A stretch of 63,481 nucleotides of DNA, the filler included, from an uncultured Synergistales bacterium (GTDB lineage Bacteria > Synergistota > Synergistia > Synergistales > Aminobacteriaceae), in assembly GCA_937897575.1 (NCBI GenBank). It is 7 parts of 7 records of this genome, joined end to end, with 100 filler letters (N's around TTAATTAATTAA, not from the genome) between each part and the next. Parts side by side here need not be neighbours in the genome. Positions count along the whole stretch, not along the records: positions 1 to 14,595 come from CALCQG010000099.1; positions 14,696 to 29,308 come from CALCQG010000100.1; 5 more parts are not named here. The stretch is one strand, 5' to 3'. Each line of letters begins with the position of its first letter. Position 1 is the stretch's first letter. Made by a program: the position numbers and the translations under genes. Positions 9,454-20,654 of the stretch are shown piece after piece. The notes below the pieces were generated by a model. It saw only the letters and a program-made list of their open reading frames with translations, did no database searches and was not told the DNA's origin.

Positions 9454-9480
9454 AGGCGAGGCGAAGAGCCTCGCCTTTTT
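9454..9480 (+). terminator. intrinsic terminator after tsf
   Basis: AGGCGAGGC-GAAGA-GCCTCGCCT plus T-run. Confidence 0.7.
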
Positions 9481-9515
9481 CATGGCTCGAGACTGAAGCA
9501 GGGAGGAGAAAAATT

Positions 9516-10250
9516 ATGCGCTTCGAAAGAGTGCTTCTGAAGCTCTCGGGAGAGGTCCTCGCCGGGCCGAACGGCTTCGGCTTCGACCTCGACGCCGTTC
9601 GCCGCATAGGGGAAGAGATTGTCGAGGTCGTCCAGGCCGGCATGCAGGTGGCCATGGTCGTCGGGGGCGGCAACATGCTCCGCGGCCGGGAGGTGGAGGC
9701 CCTCGGCGTCGAACGCGCCCAAGCGGACTATATGGGGATGCTCGCCACCGTCATGAACGCCCTCTGCCTTCAGGACTCCCTGGAAAAACTCGGCGTGCCG
9801 ACCAGAGTGCAGACCGCCATCGAGATGCGCCAGATAGCGGAACCCTACATACGACGAAGGGCCCTTCGCCACCTGGAGAAGGGGCGCGTCGTCATCTTCG
9901 CCGCCGGGACGGGTTCGCCCTATTTCTCCACCGACACGGCCGCCGCGCTCCGTGCCGCCGAGGTGGAGGCGCAGTGCCTGTTGAAAGCCACCAAGGTAGA
10001 TGGTATATATAGCGCAGATCCGAAAAAGAATCCCGACGCCGTCCTGCTGCACCGCATAACATACGGGCAGGCTCTCCGCCAGCGATTGGAGATCATGGAC
10101 GCGGCCGCTTTCTCTCTCTGCATGGAGAACACCATCCCCATCGTGGTCCTCAACATCCTGCGCAGGGGGAACCTGAAGCGGTTCTTGATAGAAGATCACA
10201 ATACGGGTACCGTTGTATCCGGCGAGGAGGATAACTATGCCAAAGACTGA
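9516..10250 (+). CDS. pyrH: UMP kinase
   Basis: RVLLKLSGE, VVGGGN, DYMGMLATVMN, PYFSTDTAAALRA. Confidence 0.97.
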   Translation: MRFERVLLKLSGEVLAGPNGFGFDLDAVRRIGEEIVEVVQAGMQVAMVVGGGNMLRGREVEALGVERAQADYMGMLATVMNALCLQDSLEKLGVPTRVQTAIEMRQIAEPYIRRRALRHLEKGRVVIFAAGTGSPYFSTDTAAALRAAEVEAQCLLKATKVDGIYSADPKKNPDAVLLHRITYGQALRQRLEIMDAAAFSLCMENTIPIVVLNILRRGNLKRFLIEDHNTGTVVSGEEDNYAKD

Positions 10251-10794
10251 ACTGAAAACGCTGCGGGAGAAAATGGACAAGACCGTCGAACACCTGAAGG
10301 GCGAATTTCTGGTCATCCGGACGGGACGCGCCCACCCCGGGCTCGTCAGCGACATCAAGGCGGACTACTACGGCACGCCGACCCCGATCAAACAGATGGG
10401 GACCATCACCGTTCCGGAGGGACGGCAGATTGTCATCTCCCCCTTCGACCGCTCCGCGCTCAAGGCAGTGGAGAAGGCCATCCTGGCGTCCTCTCTCGGT
10501 GTAACGCCTCAGAACGACGGCGAGGTCGTCCGCGTCACCCTGCCCGAGCTGACGAGGGAGCGGCGTGTCGAGCTCACGAAGCTCGTCGGCAAGTACGCCG
10601 AGGAGAGCAAGATCGCTCTGCGGAACCTGCGCAGGGACTCGAACGATGTGTTCAAGAAGATGGAGAAGGACAGCACCATCAGCGAGGACGACCTCAAGAA
10701 GTACACGAAAGAGGTCCAGGACATCACGGACGAGTTCATCAAGAAGGTGGACGAGACCCTCAAGGTGAAGGAAAAGGAGATCATGGAGGAGTAG
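10237..10794 (+). CDS. frr: ribosome recycling factor
   Basis: IRTGRAHP, YYGTPTP, PELTRERR; follows pyrH. Confidence 0.97.
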   Translation: MPKTELKTLREKMDKTVEHLKGEFLVIRTGRAHPGLVSDIKADYYGTPTPIKQMGTITVPEGRQIVISPFDRSALKAVEKAILASSLGVTPQNDGEVVRVTLPELTRERRVELTKLVGKYAEESKIALRNLRRDSNDVFKKMEKDSTISEDDLKKYTKEVQDITDEFIKKVDETLKVKEKEIMEE

Positions 10795-10825
10795 CCTCAC
10801 GGCTTTTCCTGGCGGAGGGACGACA

Positions 10826-11806
10826 ATGGCGCTGCCGAAAGTCTATGTGACGCGACGAATTCAGGAGACGGGGCTCGGCCTTCTTCCCGGACGGGTTGAG
10901 TTCCGTGTGTGGGAGAAGGACTACCCCATCGAGAGGGAACGACTCCTCGAGGAGGCGGCCCATGTGGACGGCCTGATCACCATGCTGTCCGACAGAGTGG
11001 ATGAGGAGCTCCTCGACCGGTGCCCCCGACTCAAGGTCGTGAGCAACTACGCTGTGGGGTTCGACAATATCGACGTGCCGGCCGCCACACGGCGGGGCAT
11101 CCTTGTGACCAACACGCCCGACGTCCTCACCGAGGCCACGGCGGACCTCGCCTTCACGCTGATGCTTGCCGCAGCGCGCCGGGTTGTGGAGAGCAGCGCT
11201 TTTCTCCGGTCCGGCGAATGGACCACATGGAAACCCGACCTTCTCCTTGGCGCAGACGTCTTCGGCGCGACTCTCGGCGTGGCGGGCATGGGGAAGATCG
11301 GCCAGGCCGTCGCACGGCGCGCCAAGGGCTTTTCCATGAACATCCTCTACTACAACGGGACGCCGCGCCCGGACATGGAGCTTCAGCTCGGGGCGAGGAA
11401 GGTCCCCTTCGACGAACTCCTTCGTGAGAGCGACTTCATCACGATCCACCTGCCCCTGACGGAGGGGACGAGAGGCCTCTTCGACGAAAGGGCCCTCCGC
11501 GCCATGAAGAGAACGGCCATCCTCGTCAACACGGCCCGGGGGCCCATAGTGGACCAAGACGCCCTCTACACGGCCTGCTCGGAGCACTGGATCGGCGGAG
11601 CGGGGCTCGACGTCTTCGAGAAGGAGCCTGTCCCCCTCGACGAACCGCTTCTCACCCTGCCGAACGTGACGACGCTCCCTCACATCGGAAGCGCGACGGT
11701 CCGTTCCCGGGAGGGAATGGCTCGAAAGGCGGCGGAGAACCTTCTCGCGGGGCTCGAGGGCAAGCGTCCGCCGGACCTCGTCAACCCCGAGGTCCTGACA
11801 CAATAA
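10826..11806 (+). CDS. D-glycerate dehydrogenase / glyoxylate reductase
   Basis: AVGFDNID, NTPDVLTEATAD, GMGKIG, NTARGP, LPHIGSAT. Confidence 0.9.
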   Translation: MALPKVYVTRRIQETGLGLLPGRVEFRVWEKDYPIERERLLEEAAHVDGLITMLSDRVDEELLDRCPRLKVVSNYAVGFDNIDVPAATRRGILVTNTPDVLTEATADLAFTLMLAAARRVVESSAFLRSGEWTTWKPDLLLGADVFGATLGVAGMGKIGQAVARRAKGFSMNILYYNGTPRPDMELQLGARKVPFDELLRESDFITIHLPLTEGTRGLFDERALRAMKRTAILVNTARGPIVDQDALYTACSEHWIGGAGLDVFEKEPVPLDEPLLTLPNVTTLPHIGSATVRSREGMARKAAENLLAGLEGKRPPDLVNPEVLTQ

Positions 11807-11809
11807 CCC

Positions 11810-11840
11810 ATGCCCCCGCGCGACGCGCGGGGGCATTTCT
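11810..11840 (+). terminator. intrinsic terminator
   Basis: ATGCCCCCGCGCG...CGCGGGGGCAT plus TTCT. Confidence 0.65.
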
Positions 11841-11935
11841 CTGTCCCACGGAAGAGGCATCAATTGCCCAGATCATGAGGCAATGGTAGAATCAACCATA
11901 TCATCATTCTTCAGTCCGATTGGAGGGGAATTTCT

Positions 11936-12475
11936 ATGGACATACGGTTCGTAACCCGCGGCGTCGAGGTCCAGGACGACCTGAAAGGGTATATGGAGAA
12001 CAAGATGTCCAAACTCGAGAAGTTCTTCAATAAAATTCTCGACAGCCAGATTGTGACGAGCTTCGGACGGGGCCTCTACACCGTCGAAGTCACGACGGAC
12101 GCCAACGGCGTCATCATGCGCGGCCAGGAGAGCGCTTCGGACATGCGGAAGGCCTTCGACCAGGCGCTCAAGAACCTCGAACGCCAGATAAAGCGCCATA
12201 ACGCCTACCTGAAGGACAGGGCCCAGCTGAAGACCCACGACATCTCCTTCGACCTCCCGATTTCGGAACCCCAGGAGAAGGCGCCCGAGGCGGAGAAGGG
12301 CATCGTCAAGATGAAGCGTTTCCCCCTGCGCCCCATGACGGCTGAGGAGGCGACCATGCAGATGGACCTCCTCGGACACGAGTTCTTTCTCTTCAAGAAC
12401 GCCGATTCCGGGGCCGTCAACGCGGTCTACAAGAGGAAGAACGGTGGATACGGGCTGCTCGAGCCCATGGAGTAG
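11936..12475 (+). CDS. hpf: ribosome hibernation promoting factor (long HPF)
   Basis: RaiA domain plus C-terminal PMTAEEATMQMDLLGHEFFLF...VYKRKNGGYGL domain. Confidence 0.93.
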   Translation: MDIRFVTRGVEVQDDLKGYMENKMSKLEKFFNKILDSQIVTSFGRGLYTVEVTTDANGVIMRGQESASDMRKAFDQALKNLERQIKRHNAYLKDRAQLKTHDISFDLPISEPQEKAPEAEKGIVKMKRFPLRPMTAEEATMQMDLLGHEFFLFKNADSGAVNAVYKRKNGGYGLLEPME

Positions 12476-12507
12476 GCACTCAACAGAGCCGGTGGGCGTC
12501 TGAAGCG

Positions 12508-12540
12508 AAGAGGACCCCGCGGGGTCCTCTTTTCTTCTTC
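12508..12540 (+). terminator. intrinsic terminator after hpf
   Basis: AAGAGGACCCC/GGGGTCCTCTT hairpin with a T-rich tail. Confidence 0.6.
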
Positions 12541-12557
12541 GCCGCAAAGGAGCGCCG

Positions 12558-12905
12558 ATGCACGAATTCTCGCTCGTCGAATCCATCGTCGATTCACTGC
12601 TGACGATGCAACAGGACGCGGGGTGGAGGAGGATCGTACAGGTCCAACTCCGCGTCGGCGTGTTGCGCCAGGTCTTCCCTGACATCCTGTCCTTCGCCTT
12701 CGAGACAGTCACGCGAGGGACACCCCTCGAGGGGACGAAACTCGTCGTGGAAGAGGTCCCTCTCGCCTTCCGGTGCCTCGACTGCGGCACGACATGGGGC
12801 GACGAGGGCGGTACCTGCCCGTGCTGCGGCTCAATACAGCGCGAGACCCTCGCGGGCATGGAGCTGATCATTCAATCTCTGGAGGTGGAGGAACCGCCAT
12901 CATGA
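12558..12905 (+). CDS. hypA: hydrogenase maturation nickel chaperone HypA
   Basis: MHE N-terminus and two CxxC (CLDC, CPCC). Confidence 0.92.
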   Translation: MHEFSLVESIVDSLLTMQQDAGWRRIVQVQLRVGVLRQVFPDILSFAFETVTRGTPLEGTKLVVEEVPLAFRCLDCGTTWGDEGGTCPCCGSIQRETLAGMELIIQSLEVEEPPS

Positions 12906-13567
12906 ATAAAATCGTGACGATTCAGCAATCCATCATGGCCGAGGACGAGAAGTTCGCCGACGCCATCCGGGCGGATAACGGCAAAAGAGGTCTCCTCATG
13001 GTGAACCTCATCGGCTCCCCAGGCTGCGGCAAGACCACGCTGCTCGAGAAGACCGCCGAGGCGCGGCGGCTCTCCTTTGCCGTCATCGAGGGGGACCTCG
13101 CCACCTCGCGGGACGCGGAACGCCTCGCGAAGCACGACATTCCCGTCGTCCAGGTGAACACCCACGGAGGGTGCCATCTCGAGGCCAACGTGGTGCAGAA
13201 AGCCATGGAGGCCCTGCCGCTGGACACCCTGGACGTCCTCTTCGTGGAGAATGTGGGCAATCTTGTTTGCCCGGCGGAGTTCGACCTGGGCGAGGACTTC
13301 AAGGTCGCCCTGCTCAGCACGCCCGAGGGGGCGGACAAACCGCTGAAGTACCCCTACCTCTTCACGTCGTCGGAGGTCATCCTGCTCACCAAGGCGGATC
13401 TGCTGCCGTACCTGAACTTCGACATGGATATGTTCACGCGCGACGTCGCCCACCTCAACCCGTCGGCCAAGACGGTGCACGTGGACTCCCTGTCCGGCAG
13501 AGGGCTGGACGAATGGCTCGCCATCCTCGAGGAACGCGTCCGGGAGAAAAAAGCCCATGCCCTATGA
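12902..13567 (+). CDS. hypB: hydrogenase nickel incorporation GTPase HypB
   Basis: GSPGCGKTT, GGCHL, ENVGNLVCPA, DKPLKYP, TKAD. Confidence 0.95.
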   Translation: MNKIVTIQQSIMAEDEKFADAIRADNGKRGLLMVNLIGSPGCGKTTLLEKTAEARRLSFAVIEGDLATSRDAERLAKHDIPVVQVNTHGGCHLEANVVQKAMEALPLDTLDVLFVENVGNLVCPAEFDLGEDFKVALLSTPEGADKPLKYPYLFTSSEVILLTKADLLPYLNFDMDMFTRDVAHLNPSAKTVHVDSLSGRGLDEWLAILEERVREKKAHAL

Positions 13568-14595
13568 GGCACGGCTTCTCGAACCGCTGAACCCGAAGCA
13601 GCGGGAGGCCGTCGCCTATCTGGACGGACCTCTCCTCGTGCTGGCCGGGGCGGGCAGCGGAAAGACCAGGGTGCTGACGCACAAGATCGCCTATCTCATC
13701 GCCAGAGGGGAGTCCCGGCCCGAGGACATCCTGGCCGTCACCTTCACCAACAAGGCGGCGAACGAGATGAAGGCCCGTGTCGTCGCCCTGCTCAACGACG
13801 AGGCGAAGAGAATGCAGGTCAGCACCTTTCACTCCTTCGGCCTCTGGTTCCTTCTGCGAAACCGCGACCTCCTTCCCCGCCTCGGTCTGAAGAGCGGCGT
13901 GACGGTCTTCGACCGGAACGACTGCCGGTCCCTGGTCAAGGAGATCATGGAGCGCTACAACATCGACCTCCAGCAGTTCGAACCCTCCGCCATGCTCGAC
14001 CGCCTCTCGGCGGCGAAGAACGACGGCCTCCCCGATAGGGCGACGGCCGGCGATTCGCCTCTTCTCGAGGGGCTCTACGGCGACATCTACAGCGAGTACA
14101 ACAAAGAGCTCCGACGGCAGAACGCCGTTGACTTCGACGACCTCCTGCTCCTGCCCCTGCGCCTCCTCTCCGGGGACGAGGACCTCGTCCGGAGGGAGCG
14201 GGAGCGCCTCTCCTGGGTCCTTGTGGACGAATATCAGGACGTCAACCACCTCCAGTACCTCCTGCTCAAGAAACTCGTCGGGCCGGAGCACCGGATCATG
14301 GTGGTCGGCGATCCGGACCAGTCGATCTACGGCTGGCGGGGCGCCGACATGGGGATGATCCTCAACTTCGAGAAGGACTTTCCTCCCGCCAAGGTCGTGG
14401 TGCTGGACCAGAACTACCGCTCCTCGGGCGCAATCCTCGGTGCCGCCAACGCCCTCATCGAAGGGAACTCGCGACGGAGGAAGAAGAACCTCTGGACGGC
14501 GCGCTCGACGGGAGAGCCCGTCTACACGCTCCTGGCCCAGACGGAGTTTCAGGAGGGGGACTTCCTCGTGCGGGAGATCCGGCGTCTCCATGAGG
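13557..14595 (+). CDS. pcrA: UvrD/PcrA ATP-dependent helicase, 3'-truncated at contig end
   Basis: AGAGSGKT, TFTNKAA, VDEYQD, VGDPDQSIY, QNYRS. Confidence 0.92.
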
Positions 14596-14695
14596 NNNNN
14601 NNNNNNNNNNNNNNNNNNNNNNNNNNNNNNNNNNNNNNNTTAATTAATTAANNNNNNNNNNNNNNNNNNNNNNNNNNNNNNNNNNNNNNNNNNNN
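14596..14695. other. artificial contig linker
   Basis: N-run + TTAATTAATTAA + N-run, 100 nt. Confidence 0.99.
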
Positions 14696-15523
14696 GAGGA
14701 GCCGGCGGTATCCGTCCGCCACGGCGCAATCGACGAGGCGCGACGAGGGGGACGCTCCGCGGACGAAGAGTCTTCTGAGGGCGGCAAGGGCCTCGGTCTC
14801 GCCGGGAAGCAGGGAGAGGGTGAGGGTCTTCTCCTTCTCTCCTCTGAACATGGCGAGCACCCTGTGGGACGGAGCGGGGGCCGCGAGCTCCTCCCAGTCG
14901 AAGTAGTCCCTGAAATTCTGCCCCTCGGACTCCCTGCCAGGCACGACGGAGCTTCGGATCTTGCCGCGGCGGGCGAAGAGCAGGCGCATCTGGCGTCTGG
15001 CCTCGCCGTCCTCGCTCACCCGCTCGGCGATGATGTCCATGGCGCCCTGAAGAGCGTCGTCCACAGTCTCGACGCCTTTTTCGGCGGAGAGGAAGGGGAG
15101 GGAGAGAGCGGCCGGGTCGTCATCGTCCTGCCGGAGAAGGGCGTCGGCCAGCGGTGCGAGCCCCCTCTCCCGGGCGACGGAGGCCCGCGTCCGCTTTTTG
15201 GGCCGGAAGGGGAGGTAGGCGTCCTCCAGGGCGGTGAGCGTCGCGGCGTCCCGGACGGACTGTTCGAGCCCCGGGGTGAGAAGACTCCGCTCGGAGAGCG
15301 ATGAAAGAATCGCTTCCCGCCTCGCCTCGAGCTCTTCGAGGCGTTCATATCGCTCCCGGATGGTCCGGATGGCCTCCTCGTCGAGGGACCCCGTGGCCTC
15401 CTTCCTGTACCGGGCGATGAAGGGGACGGTGCACCCCTCCTCCGTCAGGGCGAGGACCGCCTCCACGGATGGGCGGGGAAGACGATGCTCCGTTGCGATG
15501 CGGACGGCGATGGCGGTGTTCAT
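14696..15523 (-). CDS. tex: Tex family RNA-binding transcriptional accessory protein, 3'-truncated
   Basis: EGCTVPFIARYRKEATGSLDE, LEDAYLPFRPKKRTRA. Confidence 0.93.
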
Positions 15524-15603
15524 AGGGCTCACTCCTTTTGTTCCATTCTAGCACGGCGAGGGAACGGAGGTGTGGTACAATGTGCCTCAAACAGGGGGAT
15601 GCT

Positions 15604-16224
15604 ATGGCGACAAAGCTGTGGATCACGCTCTATCGGTCCTTTCTCGGCATATATGTTCCCGAGGAGCTGCGGGCGCTGAGGGGCGAGGTGCTCCTCCATC
15701 TCTCGGACACGCCGTCGTCCATGTACGGCGGGCTGCAGAAGCTCCTCGCGCTTCTCGAACCCCGCTGGGTGGTCCTCACGGGCGACCTGGCCGACGACAT
15801 CAAGCTCGAGATCCGACCGGGGCTGCTCCCAGTGTATCGGGAAAAGATGAAGGCCCTCGCCGACGTGCTGTCGTCCGTTCCCGCGTGCAGGTCGGTGATC
15901 GTCACCGGCAACCACGACGACGAGAGGGTCGTGCGGACGTCCTTCCCGAAGGCGGTCGTCCTGAACCGAAAAGGACGGTGCGACGCCGACGGGCTTGAGC
16001 TGAACCTCAGCCACGACTTCGGAGGGCTGGAGCGGCCCTACGGTCCGCTGAACCTCTTTGGTCACAACGTGACCCGCTCCGACTTCACCGAGGGCGGGCG
16101 ACGTTTCCTGAACGGTCTGGTCGCACTGCACGCCGTTCATATCCCCACGGGCAGGGTGTTCTCCCTGCCCTACCCCAAATATGTGAACGACGACCGCATG
16201 CTGAGAAGAAAAACGGGCCTATAA
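15604..16224 (+). CDS. calcineurin-like metallophosphoesterase
   Basis: LHLSDTP, LTGDLAD, TGNHD, SH and FGH motifs. Confidence 0.8.
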   Translation: MATKLWITLYRSFLGIYVPEELRALRGEVLLHLSDTPSSMYGGLQKLLALLEPRWVVLTGDLADDIKLEIRPGLLPVYREKMKALADVLSSVPACRSVIVTGNHDDERVVRTSFPKAVVLNRKGRCDADGLELNLSHDFGGLERPYGPLNLFGHNVTRSDFTEGGRRFLNGLVALHAVHIPTGRVFSLPYPKYVNDDRMLRRKTGL

Positions 16225-16232
16225 CGCAGGGA

Positions 16233-17273
16233 GTGAAGGAGGAGCGAGTCATGCTGTCCATAGTGCGCGGCGGTCCCCGCGTGCTTCTTCTGAGCGGGGA
16301 GGGGGAGTGGCTGAGGAGCGTCCTTCGCGCGCGTTTTCCCGATGCGGAGGAGATGACGCCCGAGAGAGCCTTCGAACGGGCCGATGACTGGCATACCGTG
16401 GTCGCCTTTCAGGAGGGGGAGGGGATCGGGCACGAAGCGCTGTTCCTGCCGACCATGACGGACGAGGTGCTCGCGGCGCTCGTTAACGAGCAGCCAGGCG
16501 AAAACCTCCGCTCCGTCCGCCTTCTTCCCAGGATCATCCTCTTCCGGGTCTTCGGCAACGCCGATCGGGTCATGGAGCAGATAACGGAGGATTACCACGG
16601 GCGTCGCGTCGTCGTGCGGGACGTCCTGCCCCCGCTCTTGGAGGACTCCGTGGCGGTCTTCTTCACCACCACTCCTCTCAACCGGCGCGTGCCGAGGGAC
16701 AGCGTGCGGGACGAAGCGCTGTACATCCAGGGGCTCCCCTACGGCGAGCTCGTCGAGTCCCTCAACGGCAGAGCGCTCTGGTACTTCACCGAGGGGCTCG
16801 AGGAGCACCGGTGGAACGAGATGGACATCCGCATATACGACTCCTGGGGGTTCTACATGGAGAACTATGCACGGGTCCGAACCGTCCTGGACGGCCTCGA
16901 GGCGGGGTTCATCCTCGGCGAGGGGTGGGGAAAGGATTACGCCCATATCCTCATGGCCGTCAGGGTCTACCGCCTGAGGTTCTTCTCCTTCCTCCCCCCG
17001 GAGGTCATCAAGGAGCTGCTCATGGGGCTCGAGTATGGGGAGGACGGAACGCGCCTGGTGGATATCGATCTTTACAGCGGGAAGAACAAGATATCCTGGG
17101 GCGGGCTGAAGGAGAAGAGAGCGAACAGACAGGAGCTGGGCATCCTGTTCCGCGAGAAGCTCCTGTCCCGCCTGTACGAGGGTGACAGGGACAGGCTCGC
17201 AGAGCAGGAGAGCGCTGCTCGCGAAGCGGGCCGCCGGAGTGGGAACGGCGTGATGAGCGCGCGTCGGGGTTGA
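16233..17273 (+). CDS. hypothetical protein (C-terminal CitX-like RLVDIDLY motif)
   Basis: 346-aa ORF with typical codon bias, 8 nt after the phosphoesterase; function not recognised with certainty. Confidence 0.75.
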   Translation: MKEERVMLSIVRGGPRVLLLSGEGEWLRSVLRARFPDAEEMTPERAFERADDWHTVVAFQEGEGIGHEALFLPTMTDEVLAALVNEQPGENLRSVRLLPRIILFRVFGNADRVMEQITEDYHGRRVVVRDVLPPLLEDSVAVFFTTTPLNRRVPRDSVRDEALYIQGLPYGELVESLNGRALWYFTEGLEEHRWNEMDIRIYDSWGFYMENYARVRTVLDGLEAGFILGEGWGKDYAHILMAVRVYRLRFFSFLPPEVIKELLMGLEYGEDGTRLVDIDLYSGKNKISWGGLKEKRANRQELGILFREKLLSRLYEGDRDRLAEQESAAREAGRRSGNGVMSARRG

Positions 17274-17475
17274 AACGCGGAGGACGTTTGTTGAACGAAG
17301 GGTGAGCGTGTCGGCACATCGTGCAGCGAATCGGCCTTCCCCCGAAGGCCGATTTTTATGCCGCCGCGGTGAACTCCCTCTTCGCCGTATGGCGAGGGGG
17401 CGGGGAAATGGAGTATACTATCCTGCATAACAGAGCGCCGGACGGATGCGCCGGCAGGATTCAGGAGGAGAAGCC

Positions 17476-18750
17476 ATGGCAGACATCAGCGCACCGAAGG
17501 GCGTGCGGGACATCCTCCCGGACGAGTCGTGGAAGTGGGCGTACATCTTCCGCGTGGTCCAGGAGACGGCCCTGAACTTTGGGTATTCGGAGGTGCACCT
17601 TCCCCTCTTCGAGCACACGGAGCTCTTCGCGAGAGGCATCGGCGACGCGACGGACGTGGTGGAGAAGGAGATGTACACCTTCCTTGACAAGGGCGACAGG
17701 AGCATCACCCTTCGCCCCGAGGCCACGGCCTCCATGGTGCGCTCCTACCTCGAACACGGGATGGGCACTCTGCCCCAGCCCGTGAAGTTGTGGTGCGCCG
17801 GCCCCATGTTCCGCTACGAGCGGCCCCAGAAGGGGCGCTACCGCCAGTTCTGGCAGGTGGACTTCGAGAGTCTGGGCTCGGCGAACCCCCTTGTGGACGT
17901 GGAGATCATCGCCCTCTCCGTCGAGATATTCCGGCGGCTCGGCCTCCATCAGCTCGAGGTCGTCCTGAACTCCGTCGGATGCCCCGTCTGTCGCCCAGGG
18001 TACAGAGAGCGTCTGCACAGGTTCTTCGAATCGCGTCTGGACGACCTCTGCGATACGTGCAAGGGGCGCCTGGACAGGAATCCCCTGCGCATCCTGGACT
18101 GCAAACGGGAGGGGTGCAAGGCCGTCACGGAGGGGGCGCCGGCGATCTACGAGTGCCTCTGCGATGACTGCCGGGATCACTTCGACGCAGTGAAGAAGGG
18201 GCTCCATCGCCTCGCGATCCCCTATCGTCTGGACAACCGCCTCGTTCGCGGGCTCGACTACTACACGAAGACGGCCTACGAGGTGCTCTCGGGCTCTCTC
18301 GGCGCGCAGAACGCGGTCTGCGGCGGCGGGCGGTACGACAATCTGGCCGAGGCCATAGGGGGCCCCCACGTGCCCGGCGTGGGCTTCGCCGCCGGGGTGG
18401 ACCGCATCCTCATGGTCATGGAGCAGGAGGGGTGCTCCTTCGGCGCCGAGCCCTCCCTTGACGCCTACGGAGTGGCCCTGGACGCCGGGTCGAGGGAGTC
18501 CGTCTCCGACCTTGTGGATCATCTGCGGAGAAACGGGGTCGCAGCGGATATGGACTACGGCAATCGGTCGATGAAGACGCAGCTGAAAGCGGCCTCCCAG
18601 CGTCGGGCCCGGTACGCCTGCATCATCGGCGAAGGGGAGCGTCAAAAGGGGACCGTCTCCGTCAAGGACCTGGCGACGGGGGAGCAGAGGGAGATTCTTT
18701 CGGAGGATGTGGTCGCGGCCGTCCGGCCCCGGCCGTCGGGCGATGAATAG
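17476..18750 (+). CDS. hisS: histidine--tRNA ligase
   Basis: [39 protein letters not shown]. Confidence 0.97.
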   Translation: MADISAPKGVRDILPDESWKWAYIFRVVQETALNFGYSEVHLPLFEHTELFARGIGDATDVVEKEMYTFLDKGDRSITLRPEATASMVRSYLEHGMGTLPQPVKLWCAGPMFRYERPQKGRYRQFWQVDFESLGSANPLVDVEIIALSVEIFRRLGLHQLEVVLNSVGCPVCRPGYRERLHRFFESRLDDLCDTCKGRLDRNPLRILDCKREGCKAVTEGAPAIYECLCDDCRDHFDAVKKGLHRLAIPYRLDNRLVRGLDYYTKTAYEVLSGSLGAQNAVCGGGRYDNLAEAIGGPHVPGVGFAAGVDRILMVMEQEGCSFGAEPSLDAYGVALDAGSRESVSDLVDHLRRNGVAADMDYGNRSMKTQLKAASQRRARYACIIGEGERQKGTVSVKDLATGEQREILSEDVVAAVRPRPSGDE

Positions 18751-18784
18751 AGAAGGTACGGCACAATCAGCGGGGGAGTGTCCT

Positions 18785-20596
18785 ATGGAAGAGACGGCAA
18801 CGCGATATTTCGACAACAGCTGGAAGAGAACCATGTACTGCGGCGAGGTCTCGGGCCGGCCGGGCGAAAGCCCCGCGGTCGTCCTGAACGGATGGGTTCG
18901 GAAGCGACGTGATCTCGGCGGGCTCATCTTTCTGGAGATCTGGGATCATACGGGGACGGTTCAGGTGGTCTTCAACCCCGAGTTGACGCCCGAGGCCCAC
19001 GAGCGGGCCGGCGAACTTCGCAGCGAATATGTGATCGCCGTCCGGGGCCGGATACAGAGCCGTCCCGAGGGGACGGTGAATCCATCGATGAAGACGGGGG
19101 AGTGGGAGGTGGCGGCATCGGACCTTCTCGTCCTCTCGCCCGCCGCTCCGATCCCCTTCGAGATCTCCGACGGGACGGACAAGGTGGACGAAAACCTCCG
19201 CCTGCACTATCGCTATTTCGACCTCCGGCGGGACAGGATGCAGAGGAACCTCAGGATCCGCCACGAGGTGGCCATGTACACGAGGAACTACCTTGCGGAC
19301 AACGGGTTCCTCGAGGTGGAGACCCCCATGCTGACGCTCTCGACGCCTGAGGGGGCCAGGGACTACCTCGTCCCCAGCCGCGTGAACCCGGGGACCTTCT
19401 ACGCCCTGCCCCAGTCGCCGCAGATATTCAAGCAGATCCTCATGATCAGCGGATTCGACCGCTACTTCCAGATCGCAAGGTGCTTCAGGGACGAGGACCT
19501 CCGCGCCGACCGCCAACCGGAGTTCACCCAGGTGGACATCGAGATGAGCTACCTCACCGAGGAGGACATCTACACCCTCATCGAGGGGTACATGAAGGGG
19601 CTGTTCAGGCGCGTCCTCGACGTGGATATCCCCACGCCCTTCCGGCGCATGGGGTACTGGGAGGCTATGGACCGTTTCGGGAGCGACAAACCGGACCTTC
19701 GCATCCCCTTCGAGATTGTGGAACTGGCCCCCTTCTTCTCCGACAGCGCCTTAGCCCCCTTCAGGGAGACCCTCGCCGCGGGCGGCTACGTCCGGGGCAT
19801 CCCCCTGCCCGGCGGGGCGGCCCTCTCCCGAAAGGGGCTCTCCGATGTGGAGGAGCGGGCGAAGAGGCTCGGCGCCGCGGCCCTGTCCCCGCTTCAGCTC
19901 AAAGACGGCGTGCTGAAGGGTCCGTTGGTCAAGTACCTTGACGACGATGGCCAAAAGGCCATCGTCCAGGCCGCCGGCCTGAGGGATGGGGACGCTCTCT
20001 TCATTCTGGCGGGGGCCGACCGGCGCTTCGTCTCGGAGATCCTCGGAACGCTGCGCCTCGACCTGGCCCGGGAGCACGGGCTCGTGAAGAAGGACCGGTG
20101 GGAGTTCCTCTGGGTCACGGAGTTTCCCCTCTTCGAACGGGACGCCGGGGAGAACCGATGGACCGCCGTGCATCACCCCTTCACGGCGCCGAAATCGGAG
20201 GATATCCCCCTCATGGAGACGGACCCGGGCGAGGTTCGTTCCCGGGCCTACGACTGCGTCCTCAACGGAAGCGAGGTGGGGGGGGGATCCATCCGTATCC
20301 ACGACCCCGCGGTGCAGGAGCGGGTCTTCTCCTGTCTCGCCTTCACCCACGACGAGGCCAGAGCGCGCTTCGGATTTCTGCTCGACGCGCTGGCATCGGG
20401 CACCCCACCCCACGGCGGGCTGGCCCTGGGGATGGATCGCCTCGTGATGCTCCTCTGTGGCGCGGGGTCCATCCGGGACGTCATGGCCTTCCCGAAGACC
20501 CAGAAGGCTCAGTGCCTCATGTCCGGGGCACCCTCCGTCGTGGAGGAGACACAGCTCGAGGAGCTTCGCATCGCTGTTCTGAAGGGCGGCGAATAG
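18785..20596 (+). CDS. aspS: aspartate--tRNA ligase
   Basis: [41 protein letters not shown]. Confidence 0.97.
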   Translation: MEETATRYFDNSWKRTMYCGEVSGRPGESPAVVLNGWVRKRRDLGGLIFLEIWDHTGTVQVVFNPELTPEAHERAGELRSEYVIAVRGRIQSRPEGTVNPSMKTGEWEVAASDLLVLSPAAPIPFEISDGTDKVDENLRLHYRYFDLRRDRMQRNLRIRHEVAMYTRNYLADNGFLEVETPMLTLSTPEGARDYLVPSRVNPGTFYALPQSPQIFKQILMISGFDRYFQIARCFRDEDLRADRQPEFTQVDIEMSYLTEEDIYTLIEGYMKGLFRRVLDVDIPTPFRRMGYWEAMDRFGSDKPDLRIPFEIVELAPFFSDSALAPFRETLAAGGYVRGIPLPGGAALSRKGLSDVEERAKRLGAAALSPLQLKDGVLKGPLVKYLDDDGQKAIVQAAGLRDGDALFILAGADRRFVSEILGTLRLDLAREHGLVKKDRWEFLWVTEFPLFERDAGENRWTAVHHPFTAPKSEDIPLMETDPGEVRSRAYDCVLNGSEVGGGSIRIHDPAVQERVFSCLAFTHDEARARFGFLLDALASGTPPHGGLALGMDRLVMLLCGAGSIRDVMAFPKTQKAQCLMSGAPSVVEETQLEELRIAVLKGGE

Positions 20597-20654
20597 CAGA
20601 AAAATACCGGAGGACCCCGGCGGGGGCTTTCTCCCAGACAAGGAGGACTATGAA

